This document shows positions 37,380-46,468 of a stretch of 61,620 nucleotides of DNA, one piece after another; within the stretch, counting starts at the first letter, position 1; each line of letters starts with the position of its first letter. Both the position numbers and the translations under genes were made by a program. A model generated the notes under the pieces. The model had not been told where the DNA came from. It did no database searches and saw only the letters and a list, made by a program, of their open reading frames with translations. The DNA is taken from contig PJMF01000009.1 of the NCBI GenBank assembly GCA_003173865.1, forward strand, positions 1 through 61,620, written 5' to 3'. This DNA comes from Minisyncoccota bacterium. Lineage in GTDB: Bacteria; Patescibacteriota; Microgenomatia; UBA1400; PJMF01.

Positions 37380-39814
37380 GGTTGGTTTGGATCATATGGT
37401 GTGTCTTGGATAACGTAATCTGCAGGCACATCATACTTCTCATAGACCGTTTTGCCATCGGGACCAACTGGGCGGGTGCAATCTGCACAATATTGAGGGG
37501 TCAACGGATCACTGTAAATAGTTTTATGTTGTAAACCTAAACCATCAGTGGACTCTCCTGGAGCAGGTGGTAAGCCTGTGTCTGCTTTGATCCACACGTC
37601 TTTTTGGACTACACCGGAGTGAGAAGGTTGAGATTTTTTCCAATAAATTTCTTGCACTGGATTAGGACAACTTTCACCAGTTTGGGCGGGAAAGCCACTT
37701 GCACACACCATTGCCGATGTGACATCGCTCGGTTTATCTTCCCACAGGGGTTGTTGATCTTTCAAAACATACGACATGATGTCATTAAAAATTGGCGCGG
37801 CGCCGGTGATTCCTGAAACAAGTGCACGGTTCATTGGTGTAGAGTCATTATTACCGACCCAAGTAATCGTTAAGAAGTGAGGAGTGAAACCAACTGTCCA
37901 GTTGTCGCGCAGGTCGTTCGTGGTTCCGGTTTTGGTGCTGACAATTTGGTTCGGGATTACTAACTTTGAGTGTGGACCAAACTCAGCCATTCTGGCGTTA
38001 TTATCTTGCATAATGTGTGACACCATGTACGCAGGAGCTCTGTCCATCACACGTGTCAACTCGCCTTTGGATTGAGTCGTGTTATCAGCAGTCAAATCTA
38101 AGAGATCTTGCTTGCGTTGATCAAGGTTCACTGAGTCAAGTAAATTGCCTTTGTAGTCTTCAACGCGCAGAATTGGAGTAAACGGTACCTTCACTCCTTG
38201 GTTTGCGAGTGTCGAAAAGGCTTGGGCTAAATCAATCATCCGAACTTCACCACCACCAAGTGTCAGTGAAAGACCATAATTGGCTGGATTCGTCCAGGAA
38301 GAAATGCCCATCAATTGAGCTTGCTTGATAAATGTTTCGACGCCAATAATACGCAGCGCCTTTACCGCTGGAATATTTAAAGAGTTTCCAAGTGCAAACC
38401 GAATGCTCACCGGACCATGAAAACTGCCATCATAGTTGCGTGGACAGTATGTTTTTTGTCCAGTAACTTCGAAACAAGTCGGGATATCAAGCAAAGTAGT
38501 GCCGGGGTTTAACATGTGCTGCTGAAATGCCGTGGCATACATGAGTGGTTTAATTGATGATCCAGGTTGTCGTTGGGCCAAGGCAACATTCACTTGACCA
38601 TCATTACTGGAATCGAAGTAATCAGTTGATCCAACCATCGATAAAATTTCGCCCGTATCGGGTTTGATTACCATCGCGGCGCCATTACTCACACGAGCAG
38701 AGTGTAATTTTTGGACTTCTGCTGACAGAGAAGCTTGAGCAGCTCGTTGCAGATCGAGATCAAGTGTCGTGTAGACACGCAAGCCACCTTTTTCCACTTT
38801 ATCGACGCCATACTTTGCATAGAGAAGATCGCGTACAAAAAAAACAAAGTGTGGAGCTTGAATGTCAGTTTTAGAAATTGCAAAGTGCATGACTTCTTTT
38901 TCAGCTTGATCTGCTTGCGCGGCAGTAATGTATTTATCCTCAACCATGCGGCGCAACACTTCGTGTTGACGATTTTGTGCTTCCTTCGGATTTGATCCAT
39001 AGGGAGAGTAGGTCGTTGGAGATTGTGGTAATCCAGCTAACATGGCCGCTTCAGCTAAACTTAAATCTTTGGCTGATTTATTAAAGTAATGACGCGAAGC
39101 AGACTCGATGCCTACAGAAGTTCCGCCGTAAGAAATATAGTTAAGGTACATTTCCAAGATTTGTTCTTTACTGTAAAGAACTTCAGTTGCAATTGATAAA
39201 ACTACTTCTTTGATTTTGCGTGTAAAGGAACGCTCCGGAGTAAGAAGCGCATTTTTGACCAGTTGCTGCGTAATTGTTGAACCACCTTCAACACGGGTGC
39301 GCGTAATCGTATTGCGCACTGCGCGCAAAATACCCAAGATGTCAAAACCAAAATGGTGATAAAAATTTTTATCTTCAATTGCAATACTCGCTTGGTAGAC
39401 ATAAGGTGGCAGTGTTGAAATTTTAATCGGAAGCCGATTCTCTTTGCCGAAAACCTCGTAAAGCACTTTACCATTGCGATCAAAAATTTGGGTACTCACC
39501 GCAAAGTTTTCACCTGAGGTTAAATTTTTAGGAGAAGGTAAATCTCTGAGAATGTATAAAAGCCCCACGATGCTGGCTACGACAAGCAAAAGCAAAATCC
39601 AGCGAATCCATGGATTAGTAAATGGGGACAAGAGGATGCGTACAACTCGTCTATGTTGCGAAGTTTTCGCTTTAGTTGGACTTGGCTGCTCAGCAGCATC
39701 AGTTGGATCAACAAGATGTTTCCCAGCAAGAAATTGACGCATACCCTTCAGCGTTGGGCGTGCGGTTTCTTTAGAAAGCTCATTGCGATTACGTGACATA
39801 TTGTATGCGGGCAT
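37376..39814 (-). CDS. class A penicillin-binding protein (PBP1A), second paralog
   Basis: EDKNFYHHFG, GGSTITQQL, GSSIKP, SLN, KTGTT. Confidence 0.93.
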   Translation of the reverse strand: MPAYNMSRNRNELSKETARPTLKGMRQFLAGKHLVDPTDAAEQPSPTKAKTSQHRRVVRILLSPFTNPWIRWILLLLVVASIVGLLYILRDLPSPKNLTSGENFAVSTQIFDRNGKVLYEVFGKENRLPIKISTLPPYVYQASIAIEDKNFYHHFGFDILGILRAVRNTITRTRVEGGSTITQQLVKNALLTPERSFTRKIKEVVLSIATEVLYSKEQILEMYLNYISYGGTSVGIESASRHYFNKSAKDLSLAEAAMLAGLPQSPTTYSPYGSNPKEAQNRQHEVLRRMVEDKYITAAQADQAEKEVMHFAISKTDIQAPHFVFFVRDLLYAKYGVDKVEKGGLRVYTTLDLDLQRAAQASLSAEVQKLHSARVSNGAAMVIKPDTGEILSMVGSTDYFDSSNDGQVNVALAQRQPGSSIKPLMYATAFQQHMLNPGTTLLDIPTCFEVTGQKTYCPRNYDGSFHGPVSIRFALGNSLNIPAVKALRIIGVETFIKQAQLMGISSWTNPANYGLSLTLGGGEVRMIDLAQAFSTLANQGVKVPFTPILRVEDYKGNLLDSVNLDQRKQDLLDLTADNTTQSKGELTRVMDRAPAYMVSHIMQDNNARMAEFGPHSKLVIPNQIVSTKTGTTNDLRDNWTVGFTPHFLTITWVGNNDSTPMNRALVSGITGAAPIFNDIMSYVLKDQQPLWEDKPSDVTSAMVCASGFPAQTGESCPNPVQEIYWKKSQPSHSGVVQKDVWIKADTGLPPAPGESTDGLGLQHKTIYSDPLTPQYCADCTRPVGPDGKTVYEKYDVPADYVIQDTPYDPNQP

Positions 39815-39836
39815 TATCTCCTATATCCTACCTATT

Positions 39837-40334
39837 ATGCAACGTTTTAGCTTGTTTTATACACAAGAGTGGTATGTTGGACTGCACGTATGGCAGAAGG
39901 AACTCGTTCGCACTTCTCTTGAGTTATATGCTCGTGAGGAGCGGATGAAATCTGGTTTTGCCGATTACTCATTTTTGGTGTTTCCGATGGCGAAAGCATA
40001 TGAGGGTTTTTTGAAGCAATATTTACTTGACCTGGGATTTATTACGCAAGAAGTATATATGGATAAACGTTTTCGTATTGGCCGGTCGCTCAATCCAGAC
40101 ATTAATCCGAGTCATCGTGATGATCAATGGGTGTATGGCAAAATTCAGCAGCTTTGTGGTGAAAGTTTAGGAAGAGAACTGTGGAATACTTGGCTAGAAT
40201 GTCGAAATCAAGTGTTTCATTACTTTCCCGACAATCAAAAAAAATTAAGTTTGGCGCAAAGTGGCCAATGCCTAGAAATGATGGCCAACGCCATGGAACA
40301 CGCAGTTGCTTGCCAATTAAGCGCTCAGCGTTGA
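39837..40334 (+). CDS. stand-alone HEPN protein resembling the RnlA/LsoA (RNase LS) C-terminal domain
   Basis: DYSFLVFPMAKAYEGFLK and R-X4-H motif RNQVFH. Confidence 0.65.
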   Translation: MQRFSLFYTQEWYVGLHVWQKELVRTSLELYAREERMKSGFADYSFLVFPMAKAYEGFLKQYLLDLGFITQEVYMDKRFRIGRSLNPDINPSHRDDQWVYGKIQQLCGESLGRELWNTWLECRNQVFHYFPDNQKKLSLAQSGQCLEMMANAMEHAVACQLSAQR

Positions 40335-40339
40335 TAATC

Positions 40340-40435
40340 TAGGAATTACACAGGTTTCGAGAGACGACGATTGCACTAGTGTATCTGGAAATACTCACAC
40401 AGCTCTCTACGCTCTCGAAACCTGTGTAATTCCTA
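40340..40435. repeat. structured intergenic repeat, copy 1
   Basis: Perfect 24-bp IR (40340-40363 / 40412-40435) around core AGACGACGATTGCAC...AAATACTCACACAGCTCTC. Confidence 0.85.
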
Positions 40436-40451
40436 AATAAGAGAAAAAATT

Positions 40452-41084
40452 ATGTCGATTACACACCAATACGCCTATCGCAACATTACTATTTCTGGTT
40501 TACCAGGAAATGGCTCGACCACTTTACTGAACTCTTTACGCGAAGAATTGAAGTTTGATGGATGGAAAGGGTTTAGTGGTGGTGAGTTTATGCGCGCTTA
40601 CGCTGAAGAAAAAGGATTGATTGATCCAAGAGTTGGATCACATCACGATGCCGCGATCTACAGTGATGATTTTGATTGGCAAGTTGATATGGGCATGCGC
40701 GAGAAACTGGAGAGAGAAGAGTGTTGGATTATCGAATCGTGGCTTGCGGGATTTTTGGCGCAGGGAGTACCTGGCGTGCTCAAAGTGCTGGTCATTTGTA
40801 GTGAAGATGCTGTACGCATTGATCGTCTGATGAATCGCGATAATATCTCAGTTGAACAAGCAAAACAAAATATTCAGCAGCGGTATGAAGTTAACAGCAC
40901 CAAATGGAAACGTATGTATGCGAATCAATGGCATGACTGGGTAGTTTCACAAACTGGCAAAATGAGTGCCGATGACCCAATTGATTTTTGGCATCCAGCT
41001 CTTTACGATGTAGTAATAGATACATTTTCAACAAATAAGGCTGCCGCCTTACAACTGGTCCTCGATGCCGTCAAGAAAAACTAA
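40452..41084 (+). CDS. archaeal-type cytidylate kinase-like protein
   Basis: ITISGLPGNGSTT, SGGEFMR..A, D..VD, IIESWLAGF, YDVVIDT. Confidence 0.75.
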   Translation: MSITHQYAYRNITISGLPGNGSTTLLNSLREELKFDGWKGFSGGEFMRAYAEEKGLIDPRVGSHHDAAIYSDDFDWQVDMGMREKLEREECWIIESWLAGFLAQGVPGVLKVLVICSEDAVRIDRLMNRDNISVEQAKQNIQQRYEVNSTKWKRMYANQWHDWVVSQTGKMSADDPIDFWHPALYDVVIDTFSTNKAAALQLVLDAVKKN

Positions 41085-41730
41085 AAAAACGAATCATTTG
41101 GTCTTTTTTCCTTTGCTTATATTGCTGTTCGTGATGTGGGTCTTATATCGAATGTTGTTCCATTTTCCAGTTTGGTTCGATGAAACGATTGGTAAAGCCG
41201 TCTTTTTTGGTTTACCAGTATGGTTGTATATTTCACTTACTGGTTCACGTAGTATTAAAGAAACGTTTAGTCTCGATAAAATTACCCGTGGTTTATTTTT
41301 AGGAATTGCAGTGGGAGGAGTGTTTGGTTTTGTAGGGAGCTTCTCCACTTTTGTGGGTCGTCACGTGATTATTCAATCCGCACCACTCTTTTTGTCGAAT
41401 GCATTTTGGCAAGATTTCTTCTTAGCGTTAATGACTGGTTTTTGGGAAACATTATTTTTCTATTGCTGGGTGATGGTCGTCATTCAGGAAAAATTTTCGA
41501 AGTGGGTAGTGACGCAACAACTTATTGCGGTAACCATTATTTTCTTAGCGTTTCACTTACCAAACACAATTTTGCGTTTTCACACACCACAAATTATTAT
41601 TGGGCAAATTATATTATTAAGTTTCTTTTCACTGGGTCAATCGCTCCTTTTCTTAAAAGATCGCAATCTCTACGCCCTGACTCTTTCACAGGCAATTTGG
41701 GGAATGGTGCTTCTGGTTAGTACACGCTAA
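41065..41730 (+). CDS. CPBP (CAAX/Abi) intramembrane protease-like protein, motifs degenerate
   Basis: GFWETLFF (EE motif reduced), FLAFHLP, LSQAIWG (HxxxN lost); 7-8 TM. Confidence 0.65.
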   Translation: MPSRKTKKTNHLVFFPLLILLFVMWVLYRMLFHFPVWFDETIGKAVFFGLPVWLYISLTGSRSIKETFSLDKITRGLFLGIAVGGVFGFVGSFSTFVGRHVIIQSAPLFLSNAFWQDFFLALMTGFWETLFFYCWVMVVIQEKFSKWVVTQQLIAVTIIFLAFHLPNTILRFHTPQIIIGQIILLSFFSLGQSLLFLKDRNLYALTLSQAIWGMVLLVSTR

Positions 41731-42245
41731 AGCGAATGTTGAACAATCTGATCTTGTTCGATGATCTTGTCTATTTCTGAGCGGTTGGAATCTGTAAATT
41801 TAGGGCTGAGTTCTTTGAGTTGTTGGATGTGATAGAGAAGGGTTTTACTGAGGCGTTGGGTAACTGAACTGGGAGCTTGAAGGACTTGGGCATCGTGGAC
41901 GGCGTTTTGAAGATAATTTTCGGCTTTAAGGGCTGTAGTAAGGGCGAGACTTTCTTTGTTATCATTTAGGAGCTGCTGGGCATAGCCAAGACGTCGATTT
42001 GCGTACTCCATTTCAAGAAAAATTCTCTCTGAGTTAGGAGCTGTCTCAAGTTGAATCCGATCAATGGCCATTAACGCAGGATACATGAGGTTATCTGGAA
42101 GGATATCTTTACCAAAGTAAAGCTGTTTGCGCTCGGTAGTAGTCTTGTTTCCCGCATATACTGCTTGAACCTCAATGAGTGACAGAGCGAGGACGCCAAC
42201 GGCAAAAAACAAGGCAAGTGTAGAGAGTAATAAACGGGTCTTCAT
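41727..42245 (-). CDS. secreted helical protein (DUF5667-like)
   Basis: Signal peptide; ILPDNLMYP....DRIQL, YANRRL. Confidence 0.7.
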   Translation of the reverse strand: MKTRLLLSTLALFFAVGVLALSLIEVQAVYAGNKTTTERKQLYFGKDILPDNLMYPALMAIDRIQLETAPNSERIFLEMEYANRRLGYAQQLLNDNKESLALTTALKAENYLQNAVHDAQVLQAPSSVTQRLSKTLLYHIQQLKELSPKFTDSNRSEIDKIIEQDQIVQHSL

Positions 42246-42417
42246 AGAAGAAACGATAATCTTTGATTATACCCCGCTAGAGGAAAATGTAAAAGAGGGT
42301 TGGCCATTTTCGTACGCCTGGGGGTCATTTTTTGCTCCAAAACTGATCTATTTTGATGCTTTTCTTTTCATTGACCAAATACAGCTGACCGTGAGATTCT
42401 TACTACCCGGCAAACAA

Positions 42418-42465
42418 ACACAATATTTAGTGGTATATAATAAAAACATATACTAAATATAGTAT
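42418..42465 (+). promoter_or_regulatory. tandem NrdR boxes flanking the -10 of nrdR-nrdJ
   Basis: ACACAATATTTAGTGG (42418-42433) and ATACTAAATATAGTAT (42450-42465), 32 bp apart; TATAAT 42436-42441 lies between them. Confidence 0.85.
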
Positions 42466-42489
42466 TAGTAGCAACTTGGGAGAAATGCT

Positions 42490-42936
42490 ATGAAGTGTCC
42501 GTATTGTTCGGAATGCCAAACAACTGTTCTCGATACGCGCGATGCAGAGGATCAGACCACTGTACGCCGTCGACGGATGTGTGACAAGTGCAAGAAACGC
42601 TTCACGACGTATGAGCGTGTGGAAGGGGTTGATCTGACGGTTATTAAAAAAGATGGGTGTAGAGAGCCTTTTTCGCGTGAGAAACTGAAACGTGGAGTCG
42701 TAAAAGCAACGTGGAAAAGACCGGTCACAATGGAACAAATTGAAGAGCTGTTGGACGAAATTGAGCGCATCCTTCGTTTAAAAACAAGCACTGAGGTAAA
42801 AAGCTGGGAAATCGGAAACATGGTCATCAACCGATTGAAAAAAATTGACCCCCTTTCATACTTGCTCTTCTCAAGTGTGTACCGAGATTTTAATTCTTTA
42901 GAAGACTTTAAAGCGGAAATTAATAAATTGAGCTAA
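42490..42936 (+). CDS. nrdR: transcriptional repressor NrdR
   Basis: MKCPYC, RRRRMCDKCKKRFTTYER, ATP cone VIKKDG.REPFSREKL, SVYRDF. Confidence 0.96.
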   Translation: MKCPYCSECQTTVLDTRDAEDQTTVRRRRMCDKCKKRFTTYERVEGVDLTVIKKDGCREPFSREKLKRGVVKATWKRPVTMEQIEELLDEIERILRLKTSTEVKSWEIGNMVINRLKKIDPLSYLLFSSVYRDFNSLEDFKAEINKLS

Positions 42937-42948
42937 AAAAAGGATAGT

Positions 42949-45900
42949 ATGTCTCCATCATCTTCTCTCCCCAAAAAGAAAATGAAGTTTGTCAATCGCA
43001 AACTGACAAAGGGACTCGGTGAAGCCGTTGCCAAGCGCACGATTTTGCGCACAAAGAAAAATGGTGAGCTCGAGACTTGGGAAGATGTGGCCGAGCGCGT
43101 AGCGCGCGGGAACACTTTGTTAATTCCTTCCGATCAACGCAAGCATCGCAAAGAAGAGTTTGAGTTAATGAAAAAGCACATTGCGAATGCGTCGCTTCTG
43201 ATGAGTGGTCGCCATTTACAACACGGTGATGAAACCCAACCAGAGAGAAATATGGAGATTTATACTAATTGCGCAACGGCATCAGCCTCCTATATTTTGT
43301 TTTACTTATTATTAAACGGCTCAGGAGTTGGTCGTGCATATGATGACGACCTTATGGTCACCAACTGGGATAACATGCCAATCATTCGCTGTGTGTTAGA
43401 CGATTCGCACAAAGATTTTGTGTGGGGTGAACATGAAAGTGTACGTGACGCGAAGCACAAATATGCGAAAGGATATTGGTACGAAGTGCCGGATACGCGT
43501 GAAGGTTGGGCGCAAACAATTGAAAAAATTGAGACGATGGCGTACGAGAAAAAATACAAAGATGAAACGTTTATTATCGATTTTTCCCAAGTTCGTCCGC
43601 GTGGATCGATGATCCATGGGATGCAAAATCGCCCGGCTTCTGGACCTCGTCCGTTAATGAACGCGATCGCAAAGCTTTCCACTATTAAAAATGCGGGAAT
43701 GTCTCCTTGGCGCCAAGCTTTATTTATAGACCACTATTTAGCAGAAAGTGTTCTTGTTGGTGGTGCGCGCCGCTCTGCTCGTATTGCTACAAAAACGTGG
43801 ACAGATCCAGAAATTTTTGACTTTATTGCAGTAAAACGCGGTGGCTTTCTATGGTCAGCAAACAACTCGGTCGCAGTTGATGACAAGTTCTGGAAACAAA
43901 AAACAAAACACTCAGAAAAAGTATTAGACGCCGTACTAAAAGCAAGTTATTACGATAAAACTGGTGAACCAGGATTTATTAATCAGCATAAATTTGTGCA
44001 GAACGACGAAGGTTTTGACGGATATTTAGATGGAAAGTTTGCGGAAAGTGCGAAGTACAAACCAGCGCACAAAACCGAGAAGATGCTGTCAGAAATTGCG
44101 CGACATGCATCAACAAAGATTTACACTCAAATTCCCAATCCATGTGGTGAGATTACTTTGAATATGTTGGGTGGCTACTGTGTGATTGCAGATGTGGTGC
44201 CGTACTTTGCGCCCACGGTTGAAGATGCGGAAGAAGCGTTTCGCTTAGCCACTCGCGCCTTAATTCGCGTCAATACGATGGATTGTTTATATAATCGTGA
44301 AGTCAATCGCACTAATCGGATTGGTGTGGGTATGACTGGTCTACATGAGTATGCGTGGAATGCATTTGGGTATGGTTTTCGCGATCTCATTAACGAGAAA
44401 AAAAGTAAAGACTTCTGGATGACCATTGGCCGCTTTAAACGTGCAGTAGTTCAGGAAGCCGAAGAGTACTCAGCTCAATTGGGTGTAGTGACGCCGCATA
44501 CAAACACGACGATCAAACCAGCTGGTTGCCGACCGTGGTACGCATTAACAACCACTAATAAAGGAATTCTAACTTTACAAGAACTTTTTACAAATCATAA
44601 AGAGGGAGAACAATGGAGCATTATGGATGGAGAGTTACAGGCGCTCCAAGACGATGGTAACACAAAACCCCTAACTCGCACATTTGATAATGGCGAAGCA
44701 GAAGTGTTACAAATTCAATTAGCTTATGGATTGACTGTTGAATCAACTAAAAATCATCCATGGTTTGTTAAAGAGCGCGTTTCATCAACGAATAAAAACA
44801 AAACTGTTCCACATAATGATTGGGTCACAACAGAACAAATTCAACCAGGAGATATTTTGGATGTGAAAGTTGGTGTGTATCAAAGTCGTGAACATGCTCT
44901 TCTCAAAACATTGCCAACATTTGCATTACACATGCGAGGCAAATCAAACCCCATTCAGCAGCCGCGAACAATGAATCCCAATTTGGCATGGTTGCTCGGA
45001 TATTTATGGGGAGATGGTGCAATGTCTCCGAGTAAGTATCGTTTGCGATGGTTAGATAGAAACACAGAGAATTTACATAAAGCCAACAAAATTTTTCAAG
45101 AACAATTCGGTATCAGTGGTGAAATTAAACAAGATCCTCACAAAGATGCTCGTTCACTAGAAATTGGCAATATAGAATTATGGCACTGGCTGATTAAAAA
45201 TGATGTTTTTAAGTATCATGCGGCTGTAGTTGATCTCATTCCTCGTGTAATCCGCGAATCATCTCAAGAAGATATCTTAGCATTCATAGCAGGCCTAATT
45301 GATGCTGATGGAGCAGTTGGTTTGGGTAAAACTGATAAAACAGTCACCTTCACTCAAGCAGATTATCGATTTGCACGTCATGTTCAAGATGTTGCATGGA
45401 CAGTAGGACTTGCTTTTGGAATGTCTCACAACACTGTAGGCGAAAATTGGCAACGTAAACGTAAGTCGATGTACCTGCTGACGATGAGTGCGGTTACGAA
45501 GCAAGAAGTGATTCAAACCCTTGTCAAACACAGTAATAAAATGGCGTCAGCAGAAACTTCTGTAGGATCAAAAAGGCTTCCTTGGCGCTGCGATGCGACT
45601 CCACATAAACGTAGGACATTAGGAAAAGTGGAAAGTATAAATAGTTTAGGAATGATGCCTACTTATGACGTAGAAGTTAGTGATAATCATTGGTTCTATG
45701 CTGGAGCTGTGAAATCTCACAACACAACTTCTAAACTGTTCGGTCTCTCCGAAGGCGCCCATTTACCTGCAATGCGTGAGTACATACGCTGGGTGCAATT
45801 TATGAATGAAGATCCGCTGGTTAAAAAATACGAGAAACTAGGCTATCCGACCAAGGAGTTGAAAAGTTACAACGGCACGACCGTGATCGGATTCCCAACT

Positions 45901-46320
45901 CAACCAGAAATTTGTAAGTTGGGCATGAATGGCCAGTTAGTCACTGCGGGTGAGGCTACGCCAGAAGAGCAGTATAAGTGGCTGATGCTTCTAGAAAAAT
46001 ACTGGATTGTTGGTGTTGATGAAAATGGAGAACCACTGGCAGAAGATACGGGGAATCAAGTTTCGTACACACTCAAGTACAATCCGGAAAAGGTAAGCTT
46101 TGCGAAGTTCAAGGAAATGGTGATGAAGTATCAATCGCAAATTAAGTGCTGCAGTGTGATGCCTCAGGTCGATGTGACAGCATATGAATATCAGCCGGAA
46201 GAGCCAGTCACGATCAGTCAGTTTATGCGCGTGCTTCATGAAATTAGCGCAGATGATGCAATTCGCGAAGATATTGATATGGAAACGTTGCAGTGTGCGA
46301 CAGGTGCGTGTCCGATTTGA
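42949..46320 (+). CDS. nrdJ: class II (adenosylcobalamin-dependent) ribonucleotide reductase containing an intein
   Basis: TNCA, GSGVG, VGGARRSA, NPCGEI, RIGVGMTG, TTIKPAG|TTSKL, C-terminal CATGACPI; no nrdB-type small subunit nearby. Confidence 0.88.
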   Translation: MSPSSSLPKKKMKFVNRKLTKGLGEAVAKRTILRTKKNGELETWEDVAERVARGNTLLIPSDQRKHRKEEFELMKKHIANASLLMSGRHLQHGDETQPERNMEIYTNCATASASYILFYLLLNGSGVGRAYDDDLMVTNWDNMPIIRCVLDDSHKDFVWGEHESVRDAKHKYAKGYWYEVPDTREGWAQTIEKIETMAYEKKYKDETFIIDFSQVRPRGSMIHGMQNRPASGPRPLMNAIAKLSTIKNAGMSPWRQALFIDHYLAESVLVGGARRSARIATKTWTDPEIFDFIAVKRGGFLWSANNSVAVDDKFWKQKTKHSEKVLDAVLKASYYDKTGEPGFINQHKFVQNDEGFDGYLDGKFAESAKYKPAHKTEKMLSEIARHASTKIYTQIPNPCGEITLNMLGGYCVIADVVPYFAPTVEDAEEAFRLATRALIRVNTMDCLYNREVNRTNRIGVGMTGLHEYAWNAFGYGFRDLINEKKSKDFWMTIGRFKRAVVQEAEEYSAQLGVVTPHTNTTIKPAGCRPWYALTTTNKGILTLQELFTNHKEGEQWSIMDGELQALQDDGNTKPLTRTFDNGEAEVLQIQLAYGLTVESTKNHPWFVKERVSSTNKNKTVPHNDWVTTEQIQPGDILDVKVGVYQSREHALLKTLPTFALHMRGKSNPIQQPRTMNPNLAWLLGYLWGDGAMSPSKYRLRWLDRNTENLHKANKIFQEQFGISGEIKQDPHKDARSLEIGNIELWHWLIKNDVFKYHAAVVDLIPRVIRESSQEDILAFIAGLIDADGAVGLGKTDKTVTFTQADYRFARHVQDVAWTVGLAFGMSHNTVGENWQRKRKSMYLLTMSAVTKQEVIQTLVKHSNKMASAETSVGSKRLPWRCDATPHKRRTLGKVESINSLGMMPTYDVEVSDNHWFYAGAVKSHNTTSKLFGLSEGAHLPAMREYIRWVQFMNEDPLVKKYEKLGYPTKELKSYNGTTVIGFPTQPEICKLGMNGQLVTAGEATPEEQYKWLMLLEKYWIVGVDENGEPLAEDTGNQVSYTLKYNPEKVSFAKFKEMVMKYQSQIKCCSVMPQVDVTAYEYQPEEPVTISQFMRVLHEISADDAIREDIDMETLQCATGACPI
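44527..45723 (+). mobile_element. intein (399 aa) with LAGLIDADG homing endonuclease
   Basis: Begins C(RPW); block B STKNHPW; LGYLWGDG and IAGLIDADG; block F TYDVEV; ends HN with +1 Thr. Confidence 0.93.
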
Positions 46321-46328
46321 TACAGATC

Positions 46329-46418
46329 AGATACACATACTCCAGAAAGACGAGATCGCGCCAGAGTTGGTCGTAGATACTCACGCAGCTCTCAAGTCTT
46401 TCTTTCGTATGTGTATCT
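46329..46418. repeat. structured intergenic repeat, copy 2 (3' of nrdJ)
   Basis: Stems AGATACACATAC/GTATGTGTATCT and AGAAAGAC/GTCTTTCT; core AGACGAGATCGCGC...AGATACTCACGCAGCTCTCAAGTC. Confidence 0.85.
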
Positions 46419-46468
46419 TCTCGATTTTTTAAATGAAAATGAAGGCCTTGACGCGAGGTGGGGCTTTT

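Noticed and set aside
42246-42417. Cobalamin riboswitch upstream of nrdR-nrdJ
   Set aside because: No B12-box or conserved GGGAA/ACTG elements; the NrdR boxes explain the regulation.
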